Source: Acidobacteriota bacterium
Lineage (GTDB): Bacteria; Acidobacteriota; Blastocatellia; Pyrinomonadales; Pyrinomonadaceae
NCBI GenBank assembly: GCA_023436495.1
Contig: JAEZIT010000120.1
Coordinates: 14,107-78,106 of the forward strand
Reading direction: 5' to 3'
DNA: 64,000 nt
In this document: piece after piece, positions 57,109 through 64,000 of the stretch
How the letters are laid out: each line of letters begins with the position of its first letter
How positions within the stretch are numbered: the stretch's first letter is position 1
Made by a program: the position numbers and the translations under genes
The notes under the pieces: generated by a model
Databases searched by the model: none
What the model saw: the letters and a program-made list of their open reading frames with translations, nothing else
What the model was told of the DNA's origin: nothing

Positions 57109-59004
57109 TCATTGTGCTGTTATCTTGAACGCGTGGATTTTGTCGCCGTCAGCGGAATAAAGTAAGTCCGCAGCCTCGTCAATCAGAAATTGCGGATCAG
57201 GATCCGACGCAAATATGAATCGCTGGCTGCGCCCGTTATGAACGTTGACGCCCGCCAGACCTTTACGGTCGAATGGTTTCGGAAGATCCGTATAAAAATA
57301 CATATAATTGCCGCGAAGCTCCGCGAGACGCTTTTTCCTAAGAAGAAGATCGGATAATTTTTCCACCTGTCTTACCGGATCGAGGCGGTCGATGACACTT
57401 TCCTGCACATCCGACCGTGAAGGAGCTATGCGCCCGAGAGTGCCAAGCCCCGGCCGTTCGATTCTTAGCCCGCCGATCCGGTCTGCGATACCGGGCAAGC
57501 GTGCAATCGACCCGTATGCGTAAATACGTCCAACCGCGTAATTCCGCGCGGAGGAGCTAGCGAGTGTGGTCAGATCGAACGATCCAAAACGTGATCTCAG
57601 ACCGGACCAGCGAAACGAGTTGATCGCCGACGCCGCGCTCATTCCGACCCGGGCGAGACTGAACGCTGACGTCGCGACACCGCCGTAGCGAAAATAGAGA
57701 GCGGTGGCGCGCAGAGCGATACCGCCGATAATACGAAATACGCCGCGGGCAGGAGCTTTGTGTCGGACACGCCAGGCTTCTGCGGGTGCTTGAGCACGAA
57801 AAGATTTTCCGGCCGTAACGGAATTCCGCAGAAAAAATGCCGCGATCTCGTCATTTCCACCGACCACGGCCTGGCCGCTTTCGTTGATCAGTACGAACTG
57901 TGCCTGGTCGATCTTATGTTTCTCATTTAACAACCGTTTTCCGGTTCGCGCATCGATCGTCATCAATTCGTTCTTATCCGCGATAACGATGGTGTTGGGA
58001 TCCGCGAAAACAAAATTCGTTAATCCCTTATCGCCGCCTTTGTATCTCCAGCGAGTCTTGCCGTTCCCTGTGTCGATCGCAGATATACCAAAGGGCCCTC
58101 TCGAAACTATTTCGCCGTCCCTTAATCGTGTAAATTGTCCGCCTGTCCGCACATAAAGAGTGTCACCAACGACAGCCATTTCCGACGCTGACCCAAGATC
58201 GCCGGCTGTCCATTCCGTTTGCCCGCTTTGCCGGCCGACGGCACGTATCTTTCCGCGGCCTGAAATGAAAATATGGGTTTCGTTGAAGACCGGATCTGCC
58301 TCGGTCAATGCGAGCCCGTCTTCATTGATTCTGAATTTCTCGCGTTCCTTCTCCCGCCCGGTCCGAGCGTCATAGCTCGTTGCACCGTCGTAGAAAAGGA
58401 ACAATCTGCCGTCCAGCAAGAGCGGGGCGCGGTAATTGTCCAAAGTGTAATCCACATCACCTAGATCCTTGCCGAAGCGCGCCGGCATCATTTGAACGTC
58501 GCTGTCCAATTGGCGTTTCCAAAGTTCATTGCCGGTAGAAAGCTGCAGCACGTGAACGACCGGCGTTCGTTTAAATTCGCCGCCTGCCCGGCCGCGCGTG
58601 TCCTTCACCAAAACGACAGCGAGCAGATCGCTGGCGGGATCAACGGCGAGCTGCAGGACGTCGCCCTTCAGTTTGTCGCATTGCCAAACGCGCGCGCCAG
58701 ATAGCTGGTCGACCGCTTCGACCCGTGATTTCGAGCCTTCGTCGCGGGAAAGCAAGATAAGATCCGTTTCGGGTATTGGAGTTACGGCGGTTTCGTTTAT
58801 TCTGCCTGTCGCCCGCCGCCAGATCTGCATGCCGGTTTCGCCGTCAACGGCATACAAATTCCGTTCGGTCCCGACCAGGATCGTGCCGAAATCGGTTGTT
58901 TGATAAAAGCGAACACGAGAATCGAGGTCCGAACTCCAGACAGTCTGAAAAAACGCGGGCGATGCGAACAGAACCAATTGTAAACAAAGAAATAAGGCGC
59001 GCAT
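57109..59004 (-). CDS. Secreted PQQ-like (BamB-like) beta-propeller repeat protein with large C-terminal region
   Basis: Signal peptide and repeated LYAVDG.TG...W-type blades. Confidence 0.75.
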   Translation of the reverse strand: MRALFLCLQLVLFASPAFFQTVWSSDLDSRVRFYQTTDFGTILVGTERNLYAVDGETGMQIWRRATGRINETAVTPIPETDLILLSRDEGSKSRVEAVDQLSGARVWQCDKLKGDVLQLAVDPASDLLAVVLVKDTRGRAGGEFKRTPVVHVLQLSTGNELWKRQLDSDVQMMPARFGKDLGDVDYTLDNYRAPLLLDGRLFLFYDGATSYDARTGREKEREKFRINEDGLALTEADPVFNETHIFISGRGKIRAVGRQSGQTEWTAGDLGSASEMAVVGDTLYVRTGGQFTRLRDGEIVSRGPFGISAIDTGNGKTRWRYKGGDKGLTNFVFADPNTIVIADKNELMTIDARTGKRLLNEKHKIDQAQFVLINESGQAVVGGNDEIAAFFLRNSVTAGKSFRAQAPAEAWRVRHKAPARGVFRIIGGIALRATALYFRYGGVATSAFSLARVGMSAASAINSFRWSGLRSRFGSFDLTTLASSSARNYAVGRIYAYGSIARLPGIADRIGGLRIERPGLGTLGRIAPSRSDVQESVIDRLDPVRQVEKLSDLLLRKKRLAELRGNYMYFYTDLPKPFDRKGLAGVNVHNGRSQRFIFASDPDPQFLIDEAADLLYSADGDKIHAFKITAQ

Positions 59005-59172
59005 GATTTGATTTTACCGCAGACCGATTGCGTTCGCAGAACAAATTTTCCGACATCGGAAATACAGAGTTCGCGACAACAATCCATTCGAACGTTTCAT
59101 CAAATCATATATTGCGAACCGAAATGAGCCCGGCTGAAGTTAAGTCGCAATTCCTGGCCGGGCAGGGAGGTC

Positions 59173-59604
59173 ATGATGCGATCCGTTAATCTATTTGGAA
59201 TCTTCATTTTGGCCGCGGCTCTTCTCGCTTCGGTATTTGTTTCCGATGCATCCGCACAACGCCGCAGAACGCTTCGAAGTAGCTCGATTGCCGCTTCGCG
59301 CCCGATATTCATCAGACAATATGTTATTCGCCGCGATCCGTTCTGGTATGACCGTTATCGCTGGGGCTGGGGCGACCCGTTCGGATATGATCCGTATTTT
59401 TACGATCCATATCTGCCCGAACGGCGTGAACGATATTTTCGCGAGAAATCTGTTCGCGATGCGAGGCGAAAGATCGCGAAAAACCGAGCAAAATTTACCC
59501 GTGACGGATATCTATCTGCAAAAGAGAGGGAAAAATTAGCGAAGAACTATAAAAAATACAGTAAAGCCGTTCGTAAACTGAACAGATTCAATCAGGACTA
59601 TTGA
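59173..59604 (+). CDS. Small secreted protein, aromatic-rich core and basic tail (hypothetical)
   Basis: GGGAGG RBS and signal peptide. The core segment is DPFWYDRYRWGWGDPFGYDPYFYDPY, and the C-terminus is K/R-rich. Confidence 0.55.
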   Translation: MMRSVNLFGIFILAAALLASVFVSDASAQRRRTLRSSSIAASRPIFIRQYVIRRDPFWYDRYRWGWGDPFGYDPYFYDPYLPERRERYFREKSVRDARRKIAKNRAKFTRDGYLSAKEREKLAKNYKKYSKAVRKLNRFNQDY

Positions 59605-60647
59605 ATACGGTAGGCCCGTTCTTTCCAGACTATCACGACGGTCCCTTCCAAGCTGTCGGCAATGGAACGAAGTCCAGCGTCAAGCCGAATATATCCGTCG
59701 GTCCCGCGGCGGACAGTTGTCAGCGGCTGGTTCCGATATGATTGGTCGTACCAGCTTCCGCTGCGCCTCTCAAAAGTTTTTCCGTCGATGATTCGCACAT
59801 TTGGGCCTTCTTTATCAGCTCGGCCGGCGGAACGTTCAAGCATCGGCAAGTTTTCGCTGTTAACACCTCTTGCCGGCGCCTTCTTCTGGGCAGCACCCGC
59901 CTCGGTCGGAGGTGGAGGAGCTGCCGCCGCCATCGGTTCAGCTCGCCGTGCCAGATCCGCCTGCTTTTCGACTTTGGATTCTTCGGCGCTCATCGCCGCT
60001 ACTTCGGTTCTATCCAGTATCACCGGTTTGGCTGCGTCCGCCGAATTTGCGGTCGGTTTCGGAACTGCTGCACCGGCCGCGGTCTCCGATGACACATTCG
60101 ATGATCCATTCGCCGCATTCGCAGCGACCGTCACCGCGTTCGACGCGGCGTTTGCGACCAAAGCAGAATTTGAGTTCAACAAGTGGTCCGGTTCAACGGA
60201 CATCGGGCCGCTTGCTCGTTGTTCGTTTTCTGCGATCTGAGTCAACTGCGTGTTTTGCGCGGTTTCGGTCCGTTGGAACAGGACATAACCGAGGATTCCG
60301 CTAAAAACCAGCACCAGTGCGCCCATTGCCGCCGCTAACTGGGGCAATCGGAAAAAGCTGCGGTACCAGGGTTCGGCTTTGCGCGCGTAACTCTGCACGA
60401 CAGCGGCTGCCGGAGCAGCCTGATCATTCAGCATGATGATGTCGGCCAGCATTCGACGACATTTGCCGCAATCAGCTAAGTGATTTGTATAAATAGGCTT
60501 AGATGCGGCAGGTAAAGCATTTTCCGCAAACGATACAAGCTCGTCCGGTCCAAGATGGCCGGCGTCGACAGACTCCGAGCGCGCGGGCATATTGCGTCCC
60601 GCGTCTCGCAGTAGGGCATCAATTTCCTTGTCGAAGTCCGGTTCCAT
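59598..60647 (-). CDS. Membrane anti-sigma factor (zf-HC2 type)
   Basis: N-terminal H-x3-C-x2-C (NHLADCGKCRRML), a single TM helix, and an Ala/Pro-rich linker. Lies downstream of the sigma gene. Confidence 0.75.
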   Translation of the reverse strand: MEPDFDKEIDALLRDAGRNMPARSESVDAGHLGPDELVSFAENALPAASKPIYTNHLADCGKCRRMLADIIMLNDQAAPAAAVVQSYARKAEPWYRSFFRLPQLAAAMGALVLVFSGILGYVLFQRTETAQNTQLTQIAENEQRASGPMSVEPDHLLNSNSALVANAASNAVTVAANAANGSSNVSSETAAGAAVPKPTANSADAAKPVILDRTEVAAMSAEESKVEKQADLARRAEPMAAAAPPPPTEAGAAQKKAPARGVNSENLPMLERSAGRADKEGPNVRIIDGKTFERRSGSWYDQSYRNQPLTTVRRGTDGYIRLDAGLRSIADSLEGTVVIVWKERAYRIQ

Positions 60648-60729
60648 TACTTTCTGTTAAACCCAAAGGCTTGGCGGCCCGATGATCGAGGCCGCTTTGC
60701 CCCGGGGTCTTGTGGTTTTCGTAACCCGT

Positions 60730-61686
60730 TTAAAGAACGCCCGAGGCGTATAAATCTTGCACCAATGCAATTATCAACATTACTGTGAACAGTTTCTCAA
60801 CATTCAGCCCCAGCCTTGCCGCGGTCTCTGATAAATAACGCTTTATCTCCCCACCGCTCCATCCATGCCGCTCGCGAAGAATCCGTTCTACTGCTTTCCT
60901 GATATCAGTCTGAATACGAGCCAGGCGTCGGCTTGCGGTAGCCTCGTGAAAACCAAACGTTGACGCAATTTCCTTAAGTTTAAGGTCCTCGAAATAATAC
61001 ATCTTCAATATCAGCTTGTCTTCAGCGGCCAAGCCTTCGATCGCTGAACGTAAAGCGCTTGCTACATCGTCGCCCGTTCGGTTTTCGGAGAAAATTTCTT
61101 CGGGATTTTCGGAATGCGAAAAAATATGGACATCGGAAGTCTCGGCTGCGTCGTTCGCAAGATTCTCAAATTCCCGCGCCTCCTCGATCTGGACGAACCG
61201 CGAGTGTTTCCGGAATTGGTCGATCGCGAGCTGTGAAACGACGGCCCGAAGCCATCCTGCAAGCGAGCCCCGGCCGGAAAAATATATAAGTTTGCTCTTC
61301 TTTCGTCCGTCATCACCGGTTCGCAGGCCAAAAAGCTCCGCCCATATCGAACTCGCGAGGTCCTCAGCATCTTCGTTGTTCGCCGAGATCTTTCGGGCAG
61401 CAGACTTTACCGTGTGATCGTATTTTGCAACAAGTTCTTCCCAAGCCGCTTCGTCGCCTCGTTCACATGCAAGGATCAGAAGCAGGTCATCGGAATGGAT
61501 GTCATTAACAAAAGATCTTATGTCGCTCGGCTGGCATTTTTCTTGATTCAGGTACTTTCCAATAGCAGAAATGACCCTTGGCCGCACATCGTCGATCGAC
61601 ATATTGCGCGAATTGTCGGCGCGCGCTAACAACGAGGCGATCGCCTCGTCTATCGTGTTGTTCTGTTTTTCATCGAACGATGTCAT
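60730..61686 (-). CDS. Sigma-70 family (ECF-related) sigma factor with N- and C-terminal extensions (318 aa)
   Basis: Region 2 (EAWEELVAKYDHTVKSAARKI...DLASSIWAELF) and region 4 HTH (LKLKEIASTFGFHEATASRRLARI). Confidence 0.82.
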   Translation of the reverse strand: MTSFDEKQNNTIDEAIASLLARADNSRNMSIDDVRPRVISAIGKYLNQEKCQPSDIRSFVNDIHSDDLLLILACERGDEAAWEELVAKYDHTVKSAARKISANNEDAEDLASSIWAELFGLRTGDDGRKKSKLIYFSGRGSLAGWLRAVVSQLAIDQFRKHSRFVQIEEAREFENLANDAAETSDVHIFSHSENPEEIFSENRTGDDVASALRSAIEGLAAEDKLILKMYYFEDLKLKEIASTFGFHEATASRRLARIQTDIRKAVERILRERHGWSGGEIKRYLSETAARLGLNVEKLFTVMLIIALVQDLYASGVL

Positions 61687-61741
61687 GTGCTGACCGGAAA
61701 AATTCTATCAGATATCGCTATATGATGCTTATAATTGGTAG

Positions 61742-62605
61742 ATGATCTCCAAAATCGAGTATCAGGCTGTGGCAGATTGCGTCGAGATCTCGAATGCGGA
61801 TATAAGGGTTGTGGTGTCAATGACTTTCGGCCCTCGGATCCTATCGTATCGGTTAAACGGCGGCGAGAATGTTTTGGGTTGGCATCCACACGCCGAGGTC
61901 AACACCGACTTGGGGATCTGGAAGCCATATGGCGGACATCGGCTTTGGATCGCGCCGGAGGACATGCCTCGATCCTATACTCCTGATAATGATAGCGTTG
62001 ACGTAAATGTGGTCGACGATCTTTCCGCGATCTTCACACAACGGGCCGAGCCGTTTAGTAATACGCAAAAACAAATATCCATAAAGCTCGATGAAGTTGG
62101 AAGCGGCGTCAGAATAGACCATAAGATCATAAACCTCGGCGAGGACCTGATGGAGATATCGGCATGGGCGCTCACGATAATGGCTGCCGGCGGCGAGGCA
62201 ATTGTGCCGAACGAACCTTTCGCTCCCTATAGTCACAATGACCTTTTGCCGGTTCGCACGATGGCTCTGTGGCCGTACACTGACCTTACCGATCCGCGGT
62301 GGAAATTCCGAAAAGATTCGATCGGACTGCGTGTGGATGAGAGTATTCGATCACCTCAGAAATTCGGTGTATTGAATAAGCGTGGCTGGGCAGCGTATCG
62401 TTGGCGCGGATTGATGTTCGTAAAACGATTTGAATTTATTGAGGGCTCAATATATCCCGACATGAATTCGAACGTCGAGGTCTATACGGACGGCGGGTTT
62501 GTGGAGCTCGAAACGCTTTCTCCGATGACGGCCGTTTCTCCGGGCGGTTCCGTTTCACACGTCGAGCGCTGGGAACTGTCTACGGAAACCGAAGATCTAT
62601 TTTAG
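61742..62605 (+). CDS. Hypothetical protein, possibly galactose-mutarotase-like/DUF4380-like fold
   Basis: 287-aa ORF with an all-beta character and a GGHRLWIAPE motif. The functional call is tentative. Confidence 0.55.
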   Translation: MISKIEYQAVADCVEISNADIRVVVSMTFGPRILSYRLNGGENVLGWHPHAEVNTDLGIWKPYGGHRLWIAPEDMPRSYTPDNDSVDVNVVDDLSAIFTQRAEPFSNTQKQISIKLDEVGSGVRIDHKIINLGEDLMEISAWALTIMAAGGEAIVPNEPFAPYSHNDLLPVRTMALWPYTDLTDPRWKFRKDSIGLRVDESIRSPQKFGVLNKRGWAAYRWRGLMFVKRFEFIEGSIYPDMNSNVEVYTDGGFVELETLSPMTAVSPGGSVSHVERWELSTETEDLF

Positions 62606-63676
62606 GTGCTTGTGCAAAAACCGAATGATCTTGTAGCCATCAAGATATACCCACGGCTTTTCGCCAAGAGTATAGTGGCCGCAGGGGATCGCCGCCTTGC
62701 TGTGTTTTATATTTCGCCGCCGAAGCTCACGCATGACGTCTCGCGATAGCTCAACGGGAAAACTCAGGTCATAAAGCGTATAGATATATCTTTGCGGCCG
62801 CATCGGAAGCGTCGCAAGCCGTTCCATATAAGCCATCGGCGAAACCGGAAGCCAAAAGTTGCGAAGCTCGTCCAGAGTGATATTGTCGCCTATCCCATCC
62901 CTTACGTGATAAGTCGAGAGTCCATTCCATACTACATCCGCCATATAGCCGGACACATGATTGAAGACCGCGGCGTCAACATCCGGATCATGAACGAACG
63001 TAAGGAATGCTACGCACGAACCTATACTGGTTCCTACAAGTCCGACCTTTTCATAACCTTGCCGCTTCAACCATTGAACAGCCGCGCGCGTGTCCAGTAC
63101 GGATTGCCGGACAGATTGTAACGTACGCCCGATGTTAGGAGAGACGAGGTGGTCCGCTCGTTCAAGTTCGGGCGGCATTCGTTCTTCGTGATAAGGAAGC
63201 GTTAATCTCAACGCGGATAGGCCGACCTTGTTAAAAAACCTTGCGAGGTCAAAATAGGTCCCCGCTTTTGCATTCCAATGCGGTAAGAGTACTACCGCGG
63301 CGCGTTTGTCGGGGTGCGGAAAATAAGTCGCATAAGCTGTATTGTTTTCAGGCGACAGTGTCGACAGGGAACTTTGCCATGTGACGACGGGCATCTCGAT
63401 CGGCGGAGCGGGCGGCTCGAGTTCCTCGGCACTGATCGATCCGGATGATGGGATCTCGCGAACGTTCACAGCGAAGCTGTCGATTTGCGGAGTAGCAAAA
63501 TAACTGTCGCTGTCTCGTAGAACACGGTCCGTGTGGGCATTAAGAGCAGCCCTTCCATCGTTCGAGTCAGCATCTTCCGCCACAAATTCCGCGCCCCACT
63601 CGAATGGCAATGCGACGCGATTATCATTCAGCATCGCGAAGTGCCGTTCTCGCCTGTGCATATAACGTTTGAGCAT
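62597..63676 (-). CDS. Alpha/beta hydrolase
   Basis: Nucleophile elbow GTSIGS, with later Asp/His candidates (PCGHYT). Confidence 0.78.
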   Translation of the reverse strand: MLKRYMHRRERHFAMLNDNRVALPFEWGAEFVAEDADSNDGRAALNAHTDRVLRDSDSYFATPQIDSFAVNVREIPSSGSISAEELEPPAPPIEMPVVTWQSSLSTLSPENNTAYATYFPHPDKRAAVVLLPHWNAKAGTYFDLARFFNKVGLSALRLTLPYHEERMPPELERADHLVSPNIGRTLQSVRQSVLDTRAAVQWLKRQGYEKVGLVGTSIGSCVAFLTFVHDPDVDAAVFNHVSGYMADVVWNGLSTYHVRDGIGDNITLDELRNFWLPVSPMAYMERLATLPMRPQRYIYTLYDLSFPVELSRDVMRELRRRNIKHSKAAIPCGHYTLGEKPWVYLDGYKIIRFLHKHLK

Positions 63677-63760
63677 AAAAACACTCGCGAAAAGCGAGAT
63701 AATAAGCGAGAATTACGGTCAGTAACCTCATTCACATGAAATCTAAAATCCCTGGTCTGT

Positions 63761-64000
63761 TTATTCGGACGTCACTCCGCTTCTTTCCAGTACTTTGTCG
63801 TAGTAATTGAGGTACTGCGGAATTATCTTATCTGTGCTGTATCGATCCACTGCCTGTTCGCGGCCGCGACGGCCGAACGATCGAAGCATTTCTTCATCCT
63901 TCAGCAGCCGTAGGACGTCACGGCTCATCTTTTCTACATCCCCAATATCGCTGAGAAACCCATTCTCGCCGTCTGTAACAACCTCAGGCATTCCTCCGAT
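63761..64000 (-). CDS. GT4-family glycosyltransferase, C-terminal fragment (BshA-like; 5' part outside the window)
   Basis: The frame is open to the window edge. GGMPEVVTDGENGFL matches the conserved E-x7-E region of GT-B retaining glycosyltransferases. Confidence 0.78.
   Translation of the reverse strand: MGGMPEVVTDGENGFLSDIGDVEKMSRDVLRLLKDEEMLRSFGRRGREQAVDRYSTDKIIPQYLNYYDKVLERSGVTSE

Overview
This 64 kb window is a gene-dense chromosomal segment from a moderately high-GC Gram-negative bacterium. I infer Acidobacteriota from a 1265-aa CarboxypepD_reg-type TonB-dependent receptor ending in Phe and from the many signal-peptide-bearing peptidases, nucleases and PD40/PQQ propellers; this cannot be proven from the window alone. 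About 57 CDS are supported. Housekeeping genes are dxs (5'-truncated), fbaB-type aldolase, acs, msrA, moaA, queG, dapF, rlmN, acpS and pgeF. There are two sigma/anti-sigma modules, a sugar ABC importer and an APC permease. Secreted hydrolases are numerous: one M16 peptidase, two M28 peptidases, an MA-type HExxH/TPR protein, three non-specific nucleases and several MBL-fold enzymes. No rRNA, tRNA, cas genes or recognisable defence-system genes were seen. The most unusual content is non-coding. (i) An IS200-like Y1 (HUH) transposase gene is bracketed by inverted copies of a palindromic repeat, which is RAYT/REPIN architecture. The same hairpin family is scattered through 41.6-45.8 kb, and a 969-bp ORF-free region is packed with at least three unrelated palindromic repeat families. 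(ii) A 630-bp ORF-free gap contains an exact sigma-54 -24/-12 consensus followed about 430 nt later by a strong intrinsic terminator, so it is a candidate sRNA. Other points of interest are a subclass-B3-like metallo-beta-lactamase gene split by one in-frame TGA, a SigK/RskA-like ECF module adjacent to fasciclin and DsbA-VKOR genes, a tandem pair of DUF3857/transglutaminase proteins in which one copy lacks the catalytic Cys, and a cluster of secreted nucleases. All functional calls rest on motif recognition by eye; no database search was possible.
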